Origin: Selaginella moellendorffii
Taxonomy: Eukaryota > Plantae > Lycopodiophyta
NCBI RefSeq assembly: GCF_000143415.4
Contig: NW_003314262.1
Span: forward strand, 5,082,389-5,146,388
Length of the DNA: 64,000 nucleotides
Direction: 5' to 3'
Positions within the stretch are counted from its first letter, which is position 1; each line of letters begins with the position of its first letter. Below are positions 10,631 through 23,139 of this stretch, piece by piece. The position numbers were made by a program, and so were the translations under genes. Below the pieces are notes generated by a model. The model saw only the letters and a list, made by a program, of their open reading frames with translations. It was not told where the DNA came from and did no database searches.

Positions 10631-13600
10631 ATGACTCAGCAAACTCAAGTTGAGGGCCAAGGATTCTATCTTTTAGACAATATTATCCATCATTTGGGCA
10701 TCATATTGAAACATAATAGATTTGGTGTCTATGCCCTTTTGGACTGTGAGCAACAAAAGAACAATTCCCCCAAACTTACCATGAAGTCTTTGGTTACGCT
10801 CTGAACAAAATGTGTAGGTGAACCATCAATTACATTTGTGTTTTTATTAGATAAATGGAAAATACAACACAAGTTCTGCTCACAGATCCCATGCCTAGAT
10901 AACAAAAAGGTTTCTTTAAAAATAATTTTTAAAGAAAATCTTGTTTACAGAAAACTTTGTTTTCCCATTGACAAGTTAATGGGACACATGAGTAGATGTG
11001 GCATGGTAAAAAACAAAAGCTTGGATTTTTCATAGAATCTTACGCTGAGAGATATTGTAGCGCACGTGGTTTTGACCCTTTATCCTACGGGGATTTACCA
11101 TAGGATAACACCACGAAGCGGAACCTAAACCCTCTTTGTGCCACGTGACAGATGCCACGTGTCACATGCCACGTGTCCATGCCACGTGTCCATAAGAACC
11201 CGAGGTTCAGGGCCTTGGGCCACTGAACGAACGAACGGTGCCAAACTCCCAAGCATAGAGCCAAGGAGTGATGGAACCGAACCACGGAGCAACTTTCGAG
11301 CATATAGCCCAAAGAGTGAAGGGACAAGGGCCCGGAGCGACTTGGAACAATCTTGGAGCAACCAGCATCCCAATGCCAGGACTAGCATGCAAAACGGAGC
11401 CAAACGGAGTCTGGTGCTATTTCGGCATACCGGTGGCCTAACGCGAGGATATGGGTACTCCACCAACTAGCATGGAATGGAACTTGGGCTTAGACCCAAG
11501 CCGGACGCAGAACAAGGACAGGCACGCAAGCGGGAGCTAGACTATGCCTCATGTTGGTCGGCCATGCCCGACCTACCCACTATCCCTACTATACATTTGG
11601 AACCCCCCATAGCCCCCCCCCCCCCTTGAGGAACACACGCTTTGGGCTTTCACCCCAAGCCTCCCATAGTATCAGGAGTTAGTCTCTGGGACAAGCTCAA
11701 AACTTACTAAATATGGAATGTCCCTAGATTGCGAATTTGGACACGGGACGAACACCATTGTGTTCAAGACGATTTCTACATTCCGTAGATATGCCAAATG
11801 AGCAAATCTGGACACTTTCCATAAATAGCATCTGGGACGAATTGAGACTAACACAAAGGGCATGATAGTGAGGGTGTTTGGCAGACACGGTAAGCTATCA
11901 TGTAGTGATATTGAGGGACCAATCTCAATACGCAAGGGTTCTTGTCAAGCTAGTGCAAGACAGAGCGAAAGAGAACTAACAAGCCGGGCCAAGTATGCTC
12001 AGCTAAATAGACACTTAGGAATTCCTTCCTTATGCTCATCCGGCCAAGTACAGATGCAAAGTCCAGTTTACTAACACTTGAACAAGAGGGACTAATAAAG
12101 GGTCAAGCAATACCGACCTCCTGCCATCGTGGCAGTAAGGTAAGAGTGTCCGTAAGGACTAGCCGACAGGTAACTTTCGATACCTGAAGTCACATTCGCG
12201 ACACTCTCCCCCCCTTGGGAAGATCGACGTCCTCGTCGATGCATACTCGAGTCTAGAATACCACCAAGGAAACAACTCCAGAAAAAGTTCACGGTACTCA
12301 CACTATGTGAGAAATGCACCAACTTAAATGAGTTAGGGGGTAACCTCTTTGTCTAACGCGGATGCGCTACTAGCTCAGACACCTTCCGGCCGTCGCCGAC
12401 AAGGAAATGACCAACAGAGTCAGCCACCCTTGTTGCTCTGGGTGTCACCCAGCTACAAAAGTGTGATACGCCCTGCCCGCAGGGACATAGAGAGAGAAGC
12501 CAGAGGCCCCAACCCTCCTGAGCAAAGAAACCAAACCCGTCGGTAAGGTTTGGATAGACTACTGTAAACAGGCAGTTAGAGTTGTTTACACGGTCACGCC
12601 CTTTCAACAGAATAAGGAACATCGACAGAGAGGCGGGTGATGTGACCAGTCGACTGTAGCTACCCCATGACTAGAGATTTCAACATGCACACGAAGTGCC
12701 GAAGCCAGTCTGCCTATACTGGCCCAAACTCAAAGATCAAGATATAGGGACTGTATCAAAGTCAGAGACAATGATATCTGAGAAGCTTAATTACTAGTGA
12801 TTATATCTTAGAGTAGAACACAAAAGTATTCTAAGCAAGTTATCATTCGATAAACCAGTAGTATTGTAGATAGGAACCACCAAGATCACTATAATTGGTA
12901 AACATAGGAATCACCATCCAACAACATTCAATAGCTAGTATATCATCAAGGAAACTCAATGATGAAACTTAACTACCGAAGATAGTAGACAGTAAGCCAA
13001 CAACTTACTAAAGAGAACTCAAAGAACACAAAGTATCATTGACTAACAAGCACAATGCTCGCGAATGTATCACCCGAAGGAAATAACATCCTAATCTATA
13101 AGAACTAACTCTGGCAATAATCAACAGAACAAAATGAATGTTGCAAAGCAAGCAAATATAGTGTTCATGCCAATCATTGCACTAGCCAATCCAGATAGAT
13201 CCCAGCCAATAACACCAAGGAACTCAAGTTGCCTAAGCAAGTGTCAGCAACATCCTACTGATGTCTCAATCCCAAGAGACCAAACCAGAGCAAACCACAA
13301 ATAACATGTGGTATTGCGAAAAGCCATAAGCTATCAAAGATAAAAACTAACCATCATGAAAGATCATCAATTATCCCATCAATAAAGAGATGCATAATCA
13401 CCATCTAAGAAGGAATCCACCATCCTGAGGAACAACAAACCATTCTATACCAACAATAATTAAGCAAAACCTTTTTGACAAGGATAATCAACTATCCCAG
13501 ATAATAGTCAATCATCACCAATGATTGCTAGATGCAAAAGCCAACTTCAACATCGAAGCTAATAAGCCAAAATGCTTTCCCCAACAACTTCTAACAAATG

Positions 13601-16600
13601 GAACAATGAGCATAAAACTCAAAGAACCAAAGCTTGAAGAAGCCTATAGCCAAGTCTTGCTTAATAATGATCACGAGTCTCATAGAAGCTAACTTCAATG
13701 CTAAAGAAGAAATTATGGTGCAACCCACAATGTCTTCTTCAACACATCCATAAGCCAAACTTCATAATGCCAAAGCTAATGAAGAGCATTTCTGCATCAA
13801 TCCAAAAGCTAAGCACAATGGAGCTATGCTCAACAAGTGATCACTAAACGATCCTCCATGAATCCATCTATAGCAAGACATAACTCACTTCATAACAAGC
13901 CCAAAAAGAATCATTAATGATTGCTATATCCCGAACTTAAATCTAGCAAGGACTCAACATTCTAATATCGATCACTAACTCTTCTTCTCGTATAGTTAGC
14001 ATAGTCCACGACTGAATCACTTTTCAAGGAAAAGCTAAAGCTCAACCCTCTACTAAATAATCTCGTCTAGAACACAACTAACTCAACTTGCCACTCAGTT
14101 CAACGTCAACACAGTTGCTAACTAGCAAATGCACGAATGCCAACAACACAAAGCTATAGCCAAATCATCAACACTATATTCATCAAAACTAATGAAACTC
14201 AATATCAATCCTTGGAAGGATATCTCATTTCACTCAGATCTCAATATCAACAATGTCAATGACAAAGCATCACTTCAATGCCATCAACACCAAAACAAAG
14301 CTAGAAGAAAGCATGAGTGAATCACCACTCAAAACTCTCTAGCAACCAAGCTAACCAAAGTCGAAGATACTTTAGTCCGTATCCAAGACCAATCCTCCAA
14401 TAAAACTCAGTTACAGATAACACTTCATCAAGGAGTGATTCACCACATCTAAGACTCAATGAAATCTAACACTACAGACTAAATGTAACCAAATGATATC
14501 AACAGAGGTAGAGTCGACATGCCAACATGAAAAACTCATGTAAGTCTAACGACACGATCCTCCGCAACACCATCCGGTAAAGCAAGCCCATCACTGCTAA
14601 ATCATCATCGAGCAAAGCAAGTGTTAACAGTCCTTGACGAAGTCTACAAGTAATCACTAGTTGCAAAGCAACTAACAATCACTCCTCAACTTACCTTCAC
14701 AAGACCCAAACACTAAACTCATACCATTGAATCATATACTTGTCCAACATGAACATAATACCCCAGGCACGAGATAAAGGTTCATGGACAAGCACAAATT
14801 AAATGACCACTCAAATCCAACTCAACCGTAATAAGCTCATCAACACGTCTAGTCAATAGCTCCGAGCATGCCTTGAAGAGGCTAGCTACACATGATCAAC
14901 ACTAAGTCGAAACTCAAGTGAAGACCATGAGATGGACTCATATCGGTACACAACCTCCTCATAGACAAAGCTATAGTACGGGTACCAACATCTCAACCTC
15001 AAACAACTAAGTTGGACATCACCATCCTTAGCCAAGGCGCAGGGCCACCAAGACCAAGTCAAGATCAGTGAGAGCTCACTACTCTTATAGAGTTTTAACA
15101 AAATGCAAGGTGCAACCCACCACCGAGCATAATGCTACAAAAGAAAAGCACAAGGGTCACCCTTCTTAGAAAAGTGCCACTTTTCTATATCAACTCTAGA
15201 CTCTATCCAACTCAATTGTTTTAGCCCCAAAAGTTAGCATCCCTTTCGGGCCGCATTATACAAACTACCTATCAAGGTCTAAGCTAACCAAAGTCAACTC
15301 CAACCCCTTCACTAGTTTGTACTGACTTACGAAAATGGAAAGGTTTTCGGACAAAGTGATCAACGGATCAGCTATTGGAAAAGCCTAAGAAAATTTGTGG
15401 AAAATTTCCATCCTAGAGAAAGAATGACTCTCAGTCCAGGATTGCAAACTTTCAAGACTCAACCAACTTCATCCTACAAACAACTTCACATAGGTTCACC
15501 TCGACACAGATTCTTATGACCCAATAGCATGCTTAAGCATCGAACATCTTTGCCCATATAACCGACATCGAACACTAACATCCGCAAAGTGCAAAATGAA
15601 CATCCAAGGCTTGATCACGAAGACCACATCTTCGGATATCCATATTGCACTAACACCCTTCTTCAATCACCTTCAAGATCCAATGTGAAGCCAAAACACT
15701 AACAAGAAAAATGACATGGAAAAATCAAGGTCCAAGGAAAATTCCTCATCACTTGAAATAACAATGCCACTTCCACTAACACAAGTGCTAGTGATGTCAA
15801 TGCCCCAACTATACATCTTCTCCATCCAACAATCTACTCCAAGTGCTAACGGATCAACCGACAAGCTATAGCAAATGAATGCTACAACCCTTTCCAACAC
15901 CTAACAGGCAAACTCAAGGAAACAAGGTACCAACTTAAGCTTAGCATAATGGACCACCATCGAGAATCTAGTCAAAGCTACTACAATGCTACTTCGTGCA
16001 AGTAGACTAGCTTCTCCATCAACCACTTTGGGGTTGATCATCATTTAACCAAGCAACTTCGTAAACACATTGCTCATTATCACATGGATATGATATAGAA
16101 ATCACAATAACTTGATCATCAATTGAGCAATACCACGAGTAATGCCAATGTCATTACTTTAAAGGTTTATGTGAGTATCAAGTGCTAACTCAATTTGACA
16201 AAATGCAACATAAATGCCACACTCCACCGATAGAGATTTACAACACCCAACATCACTAACTTTTGTTCACAACACGGACAAGCTCATGCCACTCTCTTTC
16301 CGACCAAACTCAACACTAATCCAACACCAAGCTACTCAAGGAGCAATAGCAAGGTTCCCCGAAAAAGAATTGAGCATTGCAACCCCAGTCTTCCATAGCA
16401 AGCCTAGACAAAATGGTATAACGTTTCACCGCTATCCATTCCACAACTCACCATTTGTAAGACCATCACTTCCAACATGCATCAAGATAGGGACTCTTGA
16501 TTGCATGATGTGAACACAAGTAATGAGTTAACACCTCGTTGCAGATCATCTCTCCAAGAAGAGAAAATGATTTATGTATTTGATCCTCCGTCCCCGATGA

Positions 16601-19251
16601 CTCTCTTTTCAGTTTCATCTTTGACTAAACCTCAAACTTGCTTTCGCACTGCCTTCAGTTCAATCCAAGAAAAGTTTATGAGAGAGCACGGCCATGACTA
16701 CTTGAACCAATAGACTAATCCCTATAGTCTTGATTGATCCACTTATAATCATGCCTAGGAAGGATCCACTAGTGCCGTGCTAAACAGCTACGGACCAGCC
16801 TATTTGCCACTCATAGCAAACCCAGGGAAGTTTGCGTTCACCCATGGTACATGGAACAACTCATGGATCCACCGATAGGCTAACATTAATCCTGCCAACT
16901 CAAAGTGTAACCTCAAGTTGCTAATGCGCCTCACTCACGAGCCCAAGCGCAAACTCGTGTAACATAACAACTTAGTCCACCCTATGAGCCCAAGAGCAAG
17001 CTCACATATTATGAAACACAGAGGTAACCAAAACCTATCCCAAGGAACCAATGCGAAGTCTTTGCACCAAAACGTGTACCCACTCGGATCATCGTTTTCA
17101 TCTCTGCGTATGCAACGAGACTAGTTGCCCAATCTCATTGGATAGTTCTCGCCGAGACTCTATCTCTGATACCAAATGTAGTGCACGTGGTTTTGACCCT
17201 TTATCCTACGGTGATTTACCATAGGATAACACCACAAAGCGGAACCTAAACCCTCTTTGTGCCACGTGACAGATGCCACGTGTCACATGCCACGTGTCCA
17301 TAGGAACCCGAGGTTCAGGGCCTTGGGCCACTGAACGAACGAACGGTGCCAAACTCCCAAGCATAGAGCCAAGGAGTGATGGAACCGAACCATGGAGCAA
17401 CTCTCGAGCATATAGCCCAAAGAGTGAAGGGACAAGGGCCCCAAGCGACTTGGAACAATCCTGGAGCAACCAGCATCCCAATGCCAGGACTAGCATGCAA
17501 AACGGAGCCAAACGGAGTCTGGCGCTATTTCGGCATACCGGTGGCCTAACGCGAGGATATGGGTACTCCACCAACTAGCATGGAATGGAACTTGGGCTTA
17601 GACTCAAGCCGGATGCAGAACAAGGACAGGCACGCAAGCGGGAGCTAGACTATGCCTCATGTTGGTCGGCCATGCCCGACCTACCCACTATCCCTACTAT
17701 ACATTTGGAACCCCCCATAGCCCCCCCCCCCTTGAGGAACACACGCTTTGGGCTTTCACCCCAAGCCTCCCTTAGTATCAGGAGTTAGTCTCTGGGACAA
17801 GCTCAAAACTTACTAAATATGGAATGTCCCTAGATTGCGAATTTGGACACGGGACGAACACCATTGTGTTCAAAACGATCTCTACATTCCATAGATATGC
17901 CAAATGAGCAAATCTGGACACTTTCCATAAATAGCATCTGGGACGAATTGAGACTAACACAAAGGGCATGATAGCGAGGGTGTTTGGCAGACACAGTAAG
18001 CTATCATGTAGCGATATTGAGGGACCAATCTCAATACGCAAGGGTTCTTGTCAAGCCAGTGCAAGACAGAGCAAAAGAGAACTAACAAGCCGGGCCAAGT
18101 ATGCTCAACTAAATAGACACTTAGGAATTCCTTCCTTATGCTCATCCGGCCAAGTACAGATGCAAAGTCCAGTTTACTAACACTTGAACAAGAGGGACTA
18201 ATAAAGGGTCCAGCAATACCGACCTCCTGCCATCGTGGCAGTAAGGTAAGAGTGTCCGTAAGGACTAGCCGACAGGTAACTTTCGATACCTGAAGTCACA
18301 TTCGCGACAGATATGCCATACGGATAAGCAAACCTAATTACAAGCTATAACTATTGGACTTCATGGCTGCGGGCACTGGATTTTCTCACATCGAAAGGTA
18401 TGAAGCGATGGGAAAAACCCTAACATTAGGGTTTCTTGCTTGCATCCATTGCCGCCGCATTCTCCAGGAGCACATCCACAAGCAGAGCAAGGTTGGGCTG
18501 TTGCAAGGCTATGTGCTAGCACAACCACGCATATTCCCTGCCCACTCCAGGATCAACAGCCACTTTATTGCACACTACAAGAATGAGTAGTGCCAACGAA
18601 GTGTTTGCTTGGGTATACCTCAAAACAAGCTTACACCCACCACTAAGGTCACAAGGAATCTCACTACTGCATTCCTGGCCACGCAAAAATGGGTAAAACA
18701 ATTTGGTTTCTTCATTTCTCTTCACCCCTGGCTTGTAGGAACTTTTTCTGGCTAGAACACCGGAACTTAGTGCCATGGCAGCACAAGGGGTGTTCATTGA
18801 CTCTGCCCAGGTAGTGCTTGTGAATCAACTATTCCAGTTTCTAATCATCCCCTTAGAAAAAAGACAGGATGACAGTGACTAGACTAGACGACGAGATCCA
18901 TAAGTCAATAGATAGCGATCAGATTGAGCATGTTCCCTAGTTCTAGTCTCTAGAAGTTACTTTTGATGTGTGGCCCGGGCATGTACCTAAGTACATTGGC
19001 TTGCGAGCATTAGTCGTGCAAATCTCAGTTCATTCTTGAAACCTAGCTTCCTACTTTCACAAAATGAGAGACAGAGCTAGCAAAGATTGCATTACTAATC
19101 CTCATACCCCCCAAACACCCAAACCATAGGAGGTGACATAAGAAATGCTTAGAGAAATCATTTTGGTCGTGGTCAGTACCAGGTTACCGAGCGGATGATC
19201 CTATGCCTCAGACGAATATATTGAAAATGGCCTAGTCGATTTGCTTAACCA
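10631..19251 (+). pseudogene. 5' part of the large second ORF of the Penelope-like element (10631-11055 joined to 18315-19251 across the LTR insertion)
   Basis: ATG 4 nt after the RT stop. Removing the LTR element and one GATAT copy gives continuous reading (..FFIESYAERYAIRISKPNYK..LDFMAAGTGFSH..). The end of this segment aligns to 6561-6788. Confidence 0.55.
11056..18309 (-). mobile_element. Intact non-autonomous LTR retrotransposon (family A, LARD-like, Ty3/Gypsy-derived)
   Basis: LTRs 11056-12203 and 17177-18309 (TG..CA, ~98% identical by eye). TSD GATAT at 11051-11055 and 18310-18314. tRNA-iMet PBS (TGGTATCAGAG on minus) at ~17164-17174. PPT at 12204-12218. The ~5 kb interior has no long ORF. 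Confidence 0.95.
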
Positions 19252-19254
19252 TAA

Positions 19255-20140
19255 AAGGCTTCTTTTAAACACCACTAGACACTTCTCATCCCAATCATGA
19301 CTAGTGGCATGTTTTTATATGTTTTGGAGAAAATTGGTCAAGGGAGTAGCAATCTCTAAGAAGTCCTTCATAAATCATTACAAAACTCTAGCCATACCAA
19401 GGAAATTATAGAGATCATACATAGTCAAAGTGTTCGATAGGTTGGGAAAGGCAAAATACTTCTCAAGGATTGACATAAGGTTAACATATTACCAAATTAG
19501 GGTAACAAGGGAAGATGTCAAGAAGACAACCTATCAAATAAGATATAGAAGCTTTGAGTTTTTGGTGATGCCCTTTTGACTATACAATTCATCGACAACA
19601 TTCTCGGCATTGATAAATTACATTTTTGTACCTTATTTGAATTACAATAAGACAATCTTTGCCTTGATATCCAATCTTGTAGTAATGAGAATAATAACCC
19701 TCCACCTTGTCATTCTTTTATTGGTTCAAATGAAGTTTCTTGGCCTCATTACCATCTCTATTCTTCGAGTCATGATATAGTAATGGTTTTTTCTTCACCA
19801 AATATGGAGCATTGGCTAGTTGGTCATTATATTAACTACCCTATAGACCATCCTATTGAACAAATTTGACTAATTTGATTGACAATTTTGGTGAAAAGAT
19901 TTGAGCCTTAGTGATAGCATGACCTATAAGTTTTATCACAAAAAGTCAATCTTTACCTTGTCCTCATAACAGTTGTAACCCCAACTTTGCCATGATTCCA
20001 ATCAACAATCAATTTCATAGCTATTATAAATATTTGGTGACAATTTTTATTCCATGATACTATAATCCTTGGCATATTTTACGTACCAATAGTATTCATA
20101 GACACAACATTGATTCAACCCTTGATGTGAAGCAGAAAAT
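19255..20140. mobile_element. Scrambled Ty3/Gypsy pol fragments (RT on +, RT/RNase H-like on -)
   Basis: Plus strand ~19430-19640 reads FDRLGKAKYFSRIDI..YYQIRV..EDVKKT..RYRSFEFLVMPF*L. Minus strand ~19255-19420 reads FLGMA..FMKDFLEIATPLTNFL. Confidence 0.7.
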
Positions 20141-20141
20141 T

Positions 20142-22454
20142 TGTAATACATGTTGTTTTCACCCTTTACCCTATAGTGTTTTACCAAAGGATAACCATAA
20201 AGTGGAACTCTAGCTTTTGGATACATAGGCCAAGGGTAGTGGAATAAAACTTGAGTTCAAGGCCTTGAGCTACTAAACTAAAAGACAGAGCTAAACTTTT
20301 GAGCATATAGACAAGGAGTGAAAGAGTTATAACACAAAATGACTTTTGAACATTCAACTCAAGGAGTGAAGGAATAGGAGTATGGAGCAACTCCCAAACG
20401 TACAACCTAAAGAGCGAAGAGATAGGGGCATGAAGTGATGTTAAAATAGTCTTAGAGCTTCTAACATCTCAATATCAACACTAGCACGCAAAATGGAGTT
20501 AAATGGAGTCTAGTGTTATTTTAGCATACTGGTGGTCTAATACAAGGATATAGATACTCCACTAGCTAACATGGTATGCTTATGCTTAAACCCAAGTCGA
20601 ATGTAGAATAAAGATAAGCATGCAAGTAGGAGCTAGACTATGCCTCAAGTTAGTCAGCCATGCCTGACCTACCTATTATCCCTACTATACATTTAGAACC
20701 CCTCATAATCCTATTATAAGTAATTAAAGAAAATTACCTGAAAAATGATCCATAAAGTTCAAATATAGAGAGAAAAGGCCCATAAATAAAAGTGCATCCT
20801 CTTTTTCAAACAATTAAGGGATTTAGGAACTTAGGGTTAAAAATCCTCGGGTTTAAATAGTACTAGACTAGGTGACCTTTCGAGAAGTCCAAACTCAAGA
20901 GGTTACATTTCGTATCAGAAGGGGTCTCTCGCGTCCAACTTTATTGGTTGGCTAGAGGAATTACATCACATGTTGATTGACATTTAGCAAATCCAGTTTG
21001 CTCCTGTTAGGCTTAACCTGAAGAGTGGGGTGTCAAGAGAGTATGGCTCTCGAGAGAGCTACAACTCTTAGCTTCCATTCATAAGGGCGTGAATTTGTAG
21101 GGAAGCATAGTGAATTGTAAACAACCAAAAACTTAAGAGATAATACATAAAGTTCAAATATAGAGTGCACCCTTTATTTCAATCAGTTAAGGGTTGTATG
21201 ATACTTAGGATTAAATGTCCTTAGATTTGAATAGTATTAGGTTGGGTGACTTTCTGGGAAGTCCAAATGCAGGAGCTTACACCTACCCTATAGTGTTTTA
21301 TAATAGAATAATCATGAAACGAAACTTTAACCCTTGGACACATGGGCCAAGGGTAATGGAGCAAAACCCAGGTTTAGGGCTTTGAGCCATGGAACGAAGA
21401 CACAGAGCAAAACTCTCAAGTATATAACTAAGGAGTGAAAGAATTAGAGTAAAGATGACTTATAAGCATTCAACTTAAGGAGTGAAGGAGCAAGAATATG
21501 GAGTGACTTTTGAACATACAACCTAAAGAATGAAGGGATAGAGGCACGGAACTAAAGCATGGATAACTCATGAGCATTCAACTTAAGGAGTGGAGCAAGA
21601 GTATGGAGTGACTCTCAAATATACAACCCAAGGAGCAAAGGGATAAAGGCATGGAGTGATGTTGAAATAGTCCTAGAGTTTCCAACATCCTAATGTCAAG
21701 ACCAACATGTAAAATAGAACCAAATGGACTTTGGTGCTATTTTAACATATTAGAAGCCTAATGCAAGGATATAAGTACTCCACTAGATAGTATAGTATGG
21801 AGATTGGGGCATAGACCCAAGCCAAATATAGAACAAAAACAAGTACTCAAGCAGAAGCTATATTATACCTCAAGTTGGTCAACCATGCCCAACCTACCCA
21901 CTATCACTATTATATATTTGGAAGCCCCATGGCCCTACCCTATGGTGTTTTATCATAGGATAATTATGATGTGGAACTTTAACCTTTGGACACGTAGGCC
22001 AAGGGTTGTTGAGCAAAACTTGAGTTTAGGGCGTTAAAACACTTAAAGAAGAGATAGAGACATACTCCCAAGCATACAATCAAAGAGCAAATAAATTAGA
22101 GTATGGATGACTTCTAAGTTCAATTTAAAGAGGGAAGGAGTAGAAGCATGGATTAACTCCCCAACATATAGCCCAATGAACAAAGGAATAGGAGCATATA
22201 ATGATGTTGAAATAGTCCTAAAGCTTTTAACACCCCAATGTCAGAACTAACACACAAAATAGAACCAAATAGAGTTTAGTGTTATTTCAATATATTGGCG
22301 GCCTAACACAAGGATATGAATACCCCACTAGCTAGCATAATATAGAGCTTGGGCTTAAACCCAAGCTGAATACAAAACAAGGACAAGTATGCAAGTGGGT
22401 GCTAGACTATGCCTCAAGTTAGTCAATCATGCCTGACCTACCCACTATCTCTAT
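20142..22454. repeat. Three tandem ~520-650 bp units derived from a family-A-like LTR segment
   Basis: Units start ccctat(a/g)gtgtttta at ~20170, ~21287 and ~21938 and end ..cctacccactatc..tatacattt. The first begins with a TGTA LTR-end-like sequence. Degenerate match to 11056-11610. Confidence 0.75.
20715..21281 (+). mobile_element. Old degenerate Cassandra-type TRIM
   Basis: LTRs ~20715-20907 and ~21116-21281, decayed 5S core (tagtactagactaggtgacc..gaagtcc), PBS relic tcgtatcaga, TSD CCTAT/CCTAC. Collinear with 24446-25038. Confidence 0.8.
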
Positions 22455-23116
22455 TGTAATGCATCTTATTTTTCTCCCCATAAGCCAATTGAAAAATAGG
22501 CAATTGCTTAATAAGAAAACCCTTCGTGGCTATTTTATCCTCATTTATCCCCCAATGTTCTAAGGATCTATAATGACAATATATCTAAATCTCATCCCAT
22601 GATCACGTACACTACACTCACCCCCTTTTTAGAGATGTCAATGTCCTCATTGACTATTGACTAACAACTTCTACTAAGCCAAGGGGAACTAGCACCACCA
22701 TTTCCGCACTAAATTTACCAATTCTTCCATTGTGTAGACCAACTATTTTATGTAAGGCAATTAGTCATCCACTCGTACCGCAGTCCCACGGTGGATACCT
22801 TCATCTGTGGATGCTCCACCAAGAGGAAGGATGTATGCATGGATGCCCAATACATACGATTTCAAATTTAGGGGTAAGAATATACCTTGCTCAAGGGTAT
22901 ATTATACTTTTAAGTAGCCACTAATCAATGGGAATCAAACCTGTGCCATTTCCTCTGATACCACATGTAACGCACCCTATCTTTTTCCCCTTAAGCCAAT
23001 TGAATTGATTAATAAGAGAGCCTTAGTGGCTATTTTATCTCTATTTATTCCCCAAGGTTCTAAAGATTCATGGTGACAATATATCTAAATCTCATCCCAT
23101 AATCACATGCGCTACA
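22455..23116 (-). mobile_element. TRIM (non-Cassandra), ~660 bp
   Basis: LTRs 22455-22616 and 22966-23116 (TGTA..TACA). iMet PBS ctctgatacca next to the right LTR, PPT ctcacccccttttt next to the left LTR. TSD TCTAT/CCTAT. Confidence 0.85.
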
Positions 23117-23139
23117 CCTATTATACATATTATATATTT

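Noticed and set aside
10700-10745. GVYALL as a GIY-YIG endonuclease start
   Set aside because: No YIG/YVG motif follows at the expected spacing.
10775-10823. Possible decayed hammerhead ribozyme of the PLE (CAAAATGTGTAGGTGA could be CpG-mutated CGAAACGCGTAGGTGA, with TTACC/GGTGA as stem I)
   Set aside because: The CTGANGA core matches only 5/7 (ATGAAGT), there is no convincing stem II, and the region reads as part of an open frame. Worth rechecking on a family consensus with Infernal hammerhead models.
11125-12074. Recurrent ~60-120 aa ORFs repeated at 17.2-18.2, 53.6-54.5 and 56.3-56.8 kb
   Set aside because: They recur only because the LTRs are repeated; no domain similarity and inconsistent ends.
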